Positions 38,641-49,061 of a stretch of DNA of 64,000 bases are shown piece by piece. This stretch comes from Squalus acanthias. Taxonomy: Eukaryota. The translations under genes and the position numbers were made by a program. The DNA lies in the NCBI GenBank assembly GCA_030390025.1, contig CM059432.1, positions 53,508,001 to 53,572,000 of the forward strand, given 5' to 3'. Every line of letters begins with the position of its first letter. Positions within the stretch are counted from its first letter, which is position 1. Under the pieces are notes generated by a model. The model searched no databases. It was not told the origin of the DNA and saw nothing but the letters and a program-made list of their open reading frames with translations.

Positions 38641-40690
38641 CAACCGTGGATAACAGGGGAAATTAGAGACAGCATAAAATCCAAAGATAGGGCGTATAAA
38701 ATAGCCAAAAAAAGCACCAGAGCGGAAGATTGGGAACAGTTTAAGATGGAGCAAAGGAGGACAAAGGGCTTAATCAAGAGGGGCAAAATAGCTTACGAAA
38801 GCAAGCTGGCGGAAAATATAAAAACTAACTCCAAAAGCTTTTATAAGTATATCAAGAGGAAAAGACTGGTGAAAACCAAAGTTGGTCCATTGCAGTCAGA
38901 TACGGGGGAATATATAACGGGAAATAAGGAAATGGCAGACCAACTAAATGCATACTTTGGGTCAGTCTTTACGAAGGAAGACACAAAAAACCTCCCTGGG
39001 ATATCGGGAAAAATAGGGACATTTGCAAAGGAGGAACTGACGCAAATCAATATCTCTAAGGATATGGTGTTCAGGAAGCTAAAGGGATTGAAGGCGGACA
39101 AATCCCCAGGGCCTGATAACATGCATCCTAGGGTGCTGAAGGAGGTGGCCCTAGAGATAGCGGATGCACTAAGTATGATTTTTCAGAATTCATTAGACTC
39201 GGGAACAGTGCCCATGGATTGGAGGGTAGCTAACGTTACCCCACTATTCAAAAAGGGGGGTAGGGAAAAAGCAGGTAATTACAGACCTGTAAGCCTTACA
39301 TCAGTTGTGGGCAAAATGCTGGAGTCCATCATTAAGGATGAAATAGCGGAGCACTTAGCAAATGGGGACAGGATAGGACAGAGTCAACATGGATTTACAA
39401 AGGGTAAATCGTGCTTGACTAATCTATTGGAATTTTTTGAGGGAGTAACTGGTAAAATAGATGGGGGAGAGCCAGTAGATGTGGTGTACCTGGACTTCCA
39501 AAAGGCCTTCGATAAGGTCCCACATAAAAGATTAGCAGGGAAAATTGAAGCTCATGGGATAAAGGGGAAAGTATTGACGTGGATAGAGAACTGGCTGTCA
39601 GATAGAAAACAGAGAGTTGGAATAAACGGCTCATTTTCTGAATGGCAGGCAGTAACAAGTGGGGTACCGCAGGGATCTGTCCTGGGTCCCCAGCTGTTCA
39701 CAATTTACATTAATGACCTGGATCAGGGAGTCGGATGCAGCATTTCCAAATTTGCAGACGACACTAAACTAGGAGGGGGGGTGGGCTCAGAGGAGGAGAC
39801 CAGGAAGCTCCAGAGCGATTTGGACAGACTGGGTGATTGGGCGGATAAATGGCAGATGCACTATAATGTGGACAAGTGCGAAGTTATCCACCTTGGGTGC
39901 AGGAACGGGAGGGCAAATTATTATTTAAATGGCAATAAATTGGGAGAGGGGGAAGTACAGAGAGACCTGGGTGTTCTTGTACACCAGTCACTGAAGGCGA
40001 GCATGCAGGTGCAACAGGCGGTCAAGAAGGCAAACGGTATGCTGGCCTTCATAGCAAAAGGGTTGGAATACAGGAACAGGGATACCTTGCTGCAGCTGTA
40101 CAGGGCACTGGTGAGACCACACCTCGAGTACTGTGTACAGTTTTGGTCGCCTCATCTGAGGAAAGATGTTCTTGCCATGGAGGGGGTGCAGTGGCGATTC
40201 ACCAGGCTGATACCAGGAATGGCGGGATTGACCTATGAGGAGAGACTATGTAGTCTAGGGATGTACACACTGGAGTTTAGAAGATTGAGAGGGGACCTCA
40301 TAGAAGTGTATAAAATTCTGACAGGTCTAGACAGACTAGATGCAGAAGGAATGTTTCCCTTGGTGGGTGAGAACAGAACTAGAGGACATAATTTAAGGAT
40401 AAGGGCTAAACCATTTAGGACAGAAATGAGGGGGAATTTCTTCACTCAGAGGGTGGTGAACCTGTGGAACTCATTGCCACAGAGGGCAGTGTACGCCAGC
40501 TCATTAAATATATTTAAGAGGGAATTAGATATATTTCTACAGGCAAAAGGGGTTAAGGGTTACGGAGAGAAGGCGGGGACGGGATACTGAATTGGAGGAT
40601 CAGCCATGATCTCATTAAATGGCGGAGCAGGCTCGAAGGGCCGGATGGCCTACTCCTGCTCCTATCTTCTATGTATCTATGTGTCTATGT
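38641..40690 (+). mobile_element. Young 5'-truncated CR1 LINE with open RT frame to the stop at 40590
   Basis: About 650 uninterrupted codons containing PGPD, QHGF, YLDFQKAFD, GVPQGSVLGP and FADD, followed by a 3' UTR and a CTATGT-repeat tail. Confidence 0.95.
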
Positions 40691-41348
40691 TAGGTGACTG
40701 GGCAAGGAGTTGGCAGATGGAGTATAATGTGGGGAAATGTGAGGTTATTCAGTTTGGTAGGAAGAATAGAAAAACAGAATATTTTTTAAATGGTGAGGAA
40801 CTATTAAATGTTGGTGTTCAGAGGGATTTGAGTGTCCTTGTACACCAAACACAAGTTAACATGCAGGTACAGCAAGCAATTAAGAAGGCAAATGGTATGT
40901 TGGTCTTTATTGCAAGGTGGTTGGAGTACAAGAATAAGGAAGTCTTGCTACAATTGTACAAGGCTTCGGTGAGACCACACCCGGGGTACTGTGCACAGAC
41001 CTGAGGAAGTGCAAGGTACTTGCCTTAGAGGCGGTGCAACAAAGGTTCACTAGATTGATTTCTGGGATGAAAGGGTTGTCCTATGAGAAAAGTTTGAGTA
41101 GAATGGGCCTATATTCTCTGGAGTTTAGAAGATTGAGAGGTGATCTCATAGAAACATATAAGATTCTGAGAGGCCTTGACAGGGTAATACTGAAAGGCTG
41201 TTTCCAGAACTAGAGGGCATAGCCTCAGGATAAGGGGTCGGCCATTTAAGACAGAGATGAGGAGAAATTTCTTCACTCAGATGTTTGTGAATCTTTGGAA
41301 TTCTCTACCCCAGAGGGCTTTGGATGCTCAGTCGTTGAATATATTCAG

Positions 41349-43375
41349 ATAATGAAGCAGTCCGTGCCCGCATGCAGCAAGACCTGGACAACACTTAGGC
41401 TTGGGCTGGTAAGTGGCAAGTAACATTCGAGCCGCACAAGTGCCAGGCAATGACCATCTCCAACAAGAGAAAGTCTAACCACCTCTACTTGCCATTCAAC
41501 GGCATTATCATTGTCAAATCCACTACCATCAATAAAGTGGAGGTCATCATTGACCAGAAACTTAACTGGACCAGCCACATGAATACTATGGCTACAAAAG
41601 CAGGCCAGAGGCTATTCACCTCCTGACTCCCCCAAACATTTCCACCACTTATATGATACAAGTCAGGTGTGTTGGAATACTCTCCACTTGCCTGGATGAG
41701 TGCAGCTCCAACAACACTCGAGAAGCTCGACACCATCCAGGACAAAGCAGCCTGCTTGATTGGCACCCCATCCACCACCTTAAACAATCACACCCTCCAC
41801 CACCGGTGCAACGTGGCTGCAGTGTGTACCATCTTCAAGATGCACTGCAGCAACTCACCAAGGCTTCTTCAACAGCACCTCCCAAACCCGCGACCTCTAC
41901 CACCTTCTTCTTCTCTTCTTCTCTTCTTCTTCTTAGGCAGTCCCTCGGAACTTGCTTCCACACTAAAAATGAGTTCTGAGGTGACTGATGAGTCCAATGC
42001 GGGACCTACAGTCTCTGTCACAGGTGGGGCAGACAGTGGTTGAAGGGGCGGGTGGGTGGGGTGCTTGGGTTGGCGTGCGCTCCTTCCGCTGTTTGCGCTT
42101 GGCTTCCACTTGCTCCCAGTGAAGAGACTCGAGGTGTTCGGCACCTTCCCAGATGCTTCTCCTCCACTTTGTGCGGTCTTGGGCCAGGGATTCCCAGGTC
42201 TCAGTGAGGATGTTGCACTTTTTCAAGGAGGCTTTGAGGGTGTCCTTGAAGCGTTTTCTCTGCCCACCTGGGGCTCTCTTGCTGTGTCGGAGCTCCGAGT
42301 AGAGCGCTTGTTTTTGCAGATGTGGCCCGTCCATTGGAGCTGATCGAGCGATGGTCAAAGCTTCGATGCTGGGGATGTTGGCCTGAGCGAGAATACTGAC
42401 GTTGGTGCGCCTATCCTGCCAATGGATTTGCAGGATCTTGCGGAGGCAGCGCTGGTGGTACCTTTCCAGTGCTTTGAGGTGTCTGCTGTACATGGTCCAT
42501 GTCTCTGAAGCATACAGGAGAGCGGGTATCACTACTGCTCTGTAGACCATGAGCTTGGTGCTGGGTTTGAGGTCCTGGTCTTCAAACACTCTCTTCCTCA
42601 GGCGACCGAAGGCTGCACTGGCACACTGAAGGCGGTGTTGGACTTCGTCATCGACGTCTGGCCTTGTTGGCAGTAGGCTCCCGAGGTATGGAAAGTGGTC
42701 CATGTTGTCGAAGGCTTCGTCATGGATTTTGATAATCGGGGAGCAGTACTGTGTGGTGGGGGCAGGTTGGTAGGGGACTTTTGTCTTACGGATGTTTAGT
42801 GTAAGGCCCATGCTCTCGTACGCTTCGGTGAAGGTGTTGACGATGGTTTGGAATTTGGCCTCAGAGTGTGCGCAGACGCAAGCGTCACCTGCATACTGTA
42901 ATTCGATGACAGAAGATGGGCCGACCTAGTTTCTGGACTGGAGGTGACGAAGGTTGAACAGTTTCCCGTTTGTTCTGTAGATTAGCTCCACTCCAGTGGG
43001 GAGCTTACTGAGGGTGAGATGGAGCATTGCAGCCAGGAAGATTGAGAAGAGCGTTGGTGCAATGATACAGCCTTGCTTGACCCCGGTCCCCACCTGGAAG
43101 GACAAGGGCAGCAGGCGCATGGGAACACCACCACCTCCAATTTCCCCTCCAAGTCGCACACCATCCTGACTTAGAAGTATATCGCCGATCCTTCATCGTC
43201 ACTGGGTTAAAATCCTGGAACTCCCTACCTAACAGCACTGTGGGAGTACCTTCACCACACGGACTGCAGCGGTTCAAGAAGGCGGCTCACCACCACCTTC
43301 TATCGGGCAATTAGGGATGGGCAATAAGTTTTGGCCTTGCCAGCGACGCTCACATCCCGTGAATGAATAAATAAT
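41349..43375 (+). mobile_element. 3' part of the second CR1-group LINE family, split by an RTE
   Basis: 41349-41530 matches 15638-15842. LEYSPLAW motif present. Resumes at 43090 and ends CACATCCCGTGAATGAATAAA. Confidence 0.85.
41906..43089 (-). mobile_element. RTE-clade LINE, 5'-truncated
   Basis: GVKQGC, GLTLNIRKTKV, FPYLGS, KLMVYRAVVIPALLYASETW and C-terminal CPTCDRDCRSRIGLISHLRTH. (GAA)n-like tail; CCACCT on both flanks. Confidence 0.92.
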
Positions 43376-43384
43376 TTTTTAAAA

Positions 43385-43700
43385 ACCACTCAGTTAATCT
43401 ATCAATGTCTCTTTGTGATTTTATGCTCCTGTCTACACTACTTACCATATCACCATTCTTTGTGTCATCAGCAAACTTAGTTGTACGGCTCTCTATTGTG
43501 TTACCTAAGTTATTAGTAAATATAGTGAATAGTTGAGGCCCCAGCACAGGCCCTTGTGGGACACTACTAGTCACTTCTTTCCAATTGAAGTATATACCCA
43601 TTATCCCTACTCTATGTCTTCTACCGCCTAGCAATTTCATAACCAGGTCAATAATTTGCCTTCAATTCCATGAGTATTAATTTTAGCTAACTGCCTCTCC
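43385..43700 (-). mobile_element. CR1 RT fragment
   Basis: VPQGPVLGPQLFTIF...KFADDTK. Confidence 0.85.
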
Positions 43701-43750
43701 CTGATGGACTCAATTACTTTGCTAAAAATGGCCATTTGCTCCTTTAGAAG

Positions 43751-44760
43751 TGTGGGATCGCAAATTAGGCCTGTGAAATGAAACCTATACCCCTTAGTCT
43801 TTAAATATATATTAACCAAGGCTGTAGGGCAATAATATTAGAAATCATGTCTAAAGGATAGTTAATTCACTTATAGAGAGATATCAATACGTACATATAG
43901 TTTTTTTAGATAGTTGCAAAGCATGATGGAATATTTGGTTCATTATATTAACCCTTTTAAATAATACTGAAAGGAGTGTTGCTACTTGCAGCCAGTTTGT
44001 TGGAGCCATAGCCTAACTTCTAGGCATTTTAGAAGGTCATTATCAGTGCTACAGAAGCAGTGTTTATATGTAGTTGGCCTTCTGAAGAGATAAGGGAAAC
44101 TGAACTGTACAGGGAGTCGACCATTTCTCTCTTGGTTTCGAACACCTTATCTCCCTTTGGAGCGGACCTTGTTTATCATAATAAGCTTCTCTCGAGAATT
44201 AACGAAGTATTGGTTAGATACAACAATATGGGAAAGGAAAGATAAGCGTGGTACGACCTTGTTTGAGAGACAAGATGGAGTCTGGTAGACCTCGCTCCCA
44301 GAGACTAGATGAAGGCCCTATGTATAACAACTATGTGTTATGTTTAATGTCACAGAACATTTCAGGGCGGCTCCCAACATTGAATGACTGATCATTAACC
44401 AATAAGGGAACGATGGTAGTGACGTTGTTTGTATGTGTACGCCCACTTTTGTAACCTGTGGGTGTTGCCTATCGAAAGGTATATCAATGCTTGTATGTAG
44501 TTTTCCGGGGAGAGTTGGGTTCGAGTCTGAGGAGATCAACCTCTCTCCCTTTGTGCACAAAGCCTTCTGGCTAGTTTCTAATAAACTTTTACTTTGTCTT
44601 CAGTTCCGTCTCCGTCTGGTTTTGCTCCAAATTCGATGTAACAGTAAGGCCCGTTGGTGAGTAATTGGGATGCCGGGAGCAGGGGTGACCTCTTAGGACT
44701 TTAATTAGTCCTGGTGTCAGAAGTGGGCCCCTGTGAAAAAGTCCCAATTCTGATCTAACT
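43751..44760 (+). repeat. ERV 5' LTR (1010 bp)
   Basis: Direct repeat of 49062-50139. AATAAA at 44580. Ends in CT rather than CA. Confidence 0.97.
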
Positions 44761-44762
44761 GT

Positions 44763-44780
44763 TGGTGTCAGAAGTGGGAT
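44763..44780 (+). promoter_or_regulatory. Primer binding site, tRNA-Leu
   Basis: TGGTGTCAGAAGTGGGAT is the 18-nt complement of the vertebrate tRNA-Leu(CAA/CAG) 3' end ATCCCACTTCTGACACCA. Confidence 0.92.
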
Positions 44781-45328
44781 ACTGGACTGGAATGTTGGGT
44801 GCGGTGGTTGAGGGTCACTCCTTAAGAGAATTGTTGGAGTTGGGCTTTTCCTGGACTCCCTGTTGCAAATCCCTCATGGCGAGTCGCGCTCGCAAATAAG
44901 CACCAGCCAGGCACAGTATTAAATTATCCACGTAGTTAAATTATTCCTCACGGAGACTCACGGGTTGACGGAATTGACTAGACCTAACTGTGTGTATTCC
45001 GATTTAAAGTAGAAGTGTTTGTCATTGTTCTGCTTGAGTGTTTGTCATTATTGAGAGTCACGGGTGATCGACACGGACAAGGGTGGTTGGTTGTCTATCT
45101 CAAACACCTAGCCTGAGCCTGAATTAAGAGGACGTAGTCCCACGTGATGGCCAGGATCAAGTAGGTATAGGGAACTTCGAACACACCACAGGATCGTGAT
45201 CCCGTGACGAGTAAGAGGAAAAAAAAGATAGAGCATAAGGTGATACGTTTGTGCCGATTAAAGTATAAGATTAGACTAAAGTAAGTTAAAGTATAAGATA
45301 AAGCATAAGGATATACGTGATTATAAGT

Positions 45329-45669
45329 ATGAGTGACGAGGGGAAACCCCTTTCACCGGACGTTCCGGCTATGGCCACCAGTGTCACTGTTGTTAAGTGG
45401 GTCCAAGAGGCTAATCTGAAATACCAGAGTGAGATGATTAAAAATGGGTGGAAAGAAATAAGTCCAGTAGCCGATCAAATTGCCCGGTGACGGGTAAACC
45501 ATGTACCAACTGCGGTCGCTTCGGACACACTTGGGTTGCTTGTTTCAAAAAGGGTGGAGGAAGGGAGGAACTTGGATCACAGGGACCACAAAGGGGGGCG
45601 CTGTCTGACCGAGAGTTGGAAGGACTACGGGCCCTCCTCCTCTCGCCACCAGCTCCTCACCACGATTAG
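45329..45669 (+). pseudogene. gag: gag remnant: probable N-terminus joined out of frame to the nucleocapsid
   Basis: A 53-aa ORF from ATG 45329, then a CX2CX4HX4C knuckle CTNCGRFGHTWVAC (45502-45543) in another frame, ending in TAG at 45667. Confidence 0.8.
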
Positions 45670-46249
45670 GATACCCCAGTCTCCTCCGTCGGAGGACCGG
45701 GGGCCACCCGCCCGTGTCTAAATGTACTGTTAGGAGGCCGGCAGTATTGTGCTCTTATAGACACGGGAGCCTCGGTGTCGATAACCGACTCGAAATTCCC
45801 TACAATAGATCAAACCATCCAAGTAAGCGGCGTTAGTGGAGAAAGTGTGATCCTCCATCAGAGTGTTCCGATTCCATTGCAATTATCCCCCTCAGGGTAC
45901 GGGAGACACCTCCCAATTTCAGACCACTCTCCTGACGTACCTACGTATGCTCAGTGAGACAAATCAGGCCAATAAATTTCGGGTTAAATATCTACAGGAG
46001 GCACAGGATGATAAACGAATGGAGGGAGTTTGGAAAATACCACCTAGTGTGGGACAGTGGGTGATGGTTCAGCGACCAGTTCGAGGTACGTTTGAGCCAC
46101 GGTGGGATGGACCTTTCCAGATCCTCCTTAGTACAGGAACCTCCATTTGCCTGCAAGAAAAATTAGATGTAAGGTGGAGACACTGGAGCCAGACTAAGCT
46201 GGTGATGGCGCCCGGGGAAGGAATTTCCCCCGACCCTCAGGACCCCTAG
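45670..46249 (+). pseudogene. pol: pol remnant: protease N-half joined to integrase C-terminus
   Basis: ALIDTGASVS (DTG 45760-45768) is in frame with gag. After ~45880 another frame gives GQWVMV...FEPRWDGPFQILL...WRHWSQTK. No RT or RNase H motifs. Confidence 0.85.
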
Positions 46250-46682
46250 GGCTGAGGAGAGAAAAAAAAAACCCTGCAGACTGGATTCTGTCATTTTCAG
46301 TGTACTGTCACTTTAAAAGCCTGTGCTTTCCTTCTCAAGGTCACAGGCTGCGCGCTCTCTCTCTCTCTCTCTCTCTTCTGAAGAGTGTTGTTGCTACATA
46401 AAAAAAATCTGATTGAAGTGAATGGAATGTATGTGCCTGTCAGCTGAGGCAATGAATTATCAAATGATTATTAATAATGCGAATAACTTTATTTTCCTCC
46501 AAGTGTTTGATTAGGACCAAGTCCGTAAAATTACGTAGAGTCCTCGAGTTGTTATTTGCCTTGTGTTTTTCTTACAGACGTTCCACCCGGCCTCAGTACT
46601 GTTACCACTTCTGGGGATACCGACCCTCCAACAACGCAAAGTATTCTCCCCTTTGACTTGAAGTGGTATTATATTAAACACT

Positions 46683-48726
46683 ATGGGATGGCTCTTAAGA
46701 ATAATAGGGCTGCTGTTGGTCAAACAGACCGCAGCCGCCACAGAACTGGAGTGGTGTGGGAATGATTTCAGCACCCATACATGTTACATGGATGACCGCC
46801 GAATAGGAGTATGTGTAGATTACGAGACCGGGGAAAGAATGGCTCAATGCTGTCAGAATAATCAGGGCATTTGGCACCCCTTATGTACGCCCACTCGAGT
46901 CAAGTGCCAACAATATGGTAAAGGTGTGGTAGCGAATGGCCCTCCACCCCCTATAATTCACTGTTATTGGGGTCAAGATCCACCCCAAACCACTAACCCG
47001 ACACCAGCCTACAGGCCACTGATTTGCCCATTTATGAAGGAAGGACCCGTTAGTGGATTGGTGTTCACCCCAAACCAGAAACACATTGTATGATAACATA
47101 CGACATGAATTAGTCCCAGTAGTCCTGAACTTGACCGACACCGCCCTGCCCGTATGGTGCTCGTCACAAACCCAGCAATTGTATCAGCGTCTCATAACAC
47201 AGGTATTGAGACAAGGCGCGATCCGCAGTGGAGGTGGGTACAATAAAAGGAACAGGCGGGTATGGCGCCGGAAAAGGGATTTACTAAATGATGCAGCGAT
47301 GGTTTTTAATACAGGCGCGTCAGTGGTTAATACCATCGATCTGGCTGCATTAGACCAGAAGGTTCGAAATTTGAGCTCACGGCTCAAAGCCGTTTTACAA
47401 GAGCAGAATAAGAACGAGGGTCAAGAATTAAGGGAGGATCAGATATTAACCATCTACCTCCAGGACATAGCCACTGTACTAGAAGCACACGCGCAGACAA
47501 TAAATAAGATAGTCAAAGAAGAACACAATTTCTCACAGCAGGCAGCGGCGAACGATGCCTGCAGCACATATGGTAATTGGATAGTTGAGCAGACCCGAGA
47601 GAATTTAGACCAAATACAGGGAGGGGAAGTACCCTTGTGGATTACCAACCAACAATTAAAAGGGACTCTAACCCACGGGCATGCTGGGAAGGGTACACCC
47701 AAACGCCTTCTGGATAGCCTTAACATAACGACCTGTCAATTTCGGGCCATGATACGGGTATACCCCACCCAAGTAGAATGTAAGCAAAAGGGGGGAGGTC
47801 TCCTGGGCTTAGTGCTGGTCATTCCGGTACTGACCCCGGAGACTCAAGGACGCGAGGTATACCAAGTACAAAATATTGGTGTAATAAAAGATGGCATGCA
47901 CATATCTCACCATAATATGTTACCTTACACAGTGATGATAAATGGAAATCTAGTGGGTACCAGACTAGAAGGATGTACCACCCGACATGCCATCATCATG
48001 TGCCCGCATGCAATCAACCACAGCCCACAGAGCCGATGTGGTTTTAATACCACAGACCTGGAGATTAACTGCACCATGGAAGCATTGGATGCCACCGCCA
48101 AACCCACCCAAGTGGCATATGCCGGTAGGGGTGAATATTGTGTTACGACCAACTTGAATACGTTCCATTACGGCAATCTAACATGTGATATTCCCCGCCC
48201 AGAGTTCTGCTTCACCCCAGAAATTCCCGTACGAATTGGACATGAGGAACTGGTGGACATACATCAGTATGATACCACTTCTCTCCAAGTATCCGAGGAC
48301 ATTAAGAATGATTTGCGAAACTACATCAACACTTTTGGGTACCCAATAACCCCACTGCCCGAACATTTAAAGCAGTTACGGGGAAGGATTCAACATTCCC
48401 AACGGGTGTATTATACCCTACAACAATGGAGCAAGAATCTGAAGAAAGATATCAACGCGATCAAGGTGACCACATGGTGGGATGACATTTGGGACTGGGG
48501 ACTAAATATACAGATCCATCCGTGGATCAGACTAATTTCACACATATTGGTCATGGTGCAGTTAATACTGGTTGTCGGCCTGTAATGTATGGCATGTAAG
48601 AAATGTAAGAAGATTCAGGCAAAACGGATTGCAAAACAAATGATTAAAACTGTTAGTGCATGCACTGCCCCTCCTACGCGTAGCTTGGACGACTTTGGAC
48701 GGTTGTTAGAAAATTCAAGTGTATGA
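46683..48726 (+). pseudogene. env: env, class I fusion glycoprotein, one frameshift (~47084) and one in-frame stop (48583)
   Basis: Signal-like MGWLLRIIGLLLVKQTAAA, furin site RRKR (47266-47277), heptad region, Cys-rich central domain, second heptad, WWDDIWDW, hydrophobic TM, and a Cys/Lys-rich tail after the stop. Confidence 0.9.
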
Positions 48727-49049
48727 ATAATGAAGCAATGGTATAATGAATCGGGGATTGCCTAACTATTAACTTTACTCATCTGATGCATACCTGGTGC
48801 CCAGACGGGTGGCCACCCCGACAGGAGTCACACCAGACCATATACAACAGATGGGCGGCCTACTTGGATTAACCAAAGACCTAAAAGGGGGGGGAGGGAA
48901 TACAGGAAAACTTCATCATTCATGCAATTTGAGCTGGAGAAAACCTATAGGTGGTTCTGCAATATATATATTCATCAGTTTATTATATTAACATAGTTGT
49001 AGAGAGAGCACATTTCTCAACCCCGCTTCAAGTATCTTTTCCGGGGGTT

Positions 49050-49059
49050 GAAAGGGGGG
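49050..49059 (+). promoter_or_regulatory. Polypurine tract
   Basis: GAAAGGGGGG followed by AC and the LTR-initial TG. Confidence 0.88.
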
Positions 49060-49061
49060 AC

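Larger units (their letters stand above)
32975..41348 (+). mobile_element. Older CR1 LINE in three pieces (32975-34329, 38610-38640, 40690-41348)
   Basis: The ORF2 reading KFADDTKLDGKISCEEET / SLQRDIGR / LGDWARSWQMEYNVGKC continues across two insertions. Confidence 0.9.

Noticed and set aside
38464..40590. 708-aa ORF as a novel fusion gene
   Set aside because: Its first ~59 codons run through the Harbinger end and a sliver of older CR1; the rest is a 5'-truncated CR1 ORF2. Chance in-frame junctions explain it.
44060..44660. Short ORFs repeated at 49371-49971 as accessory genes
   Set aside because: They recur only because they lie in the LTRs. They have no recognisable motifs, and at least one starts at a non-ATG codon.
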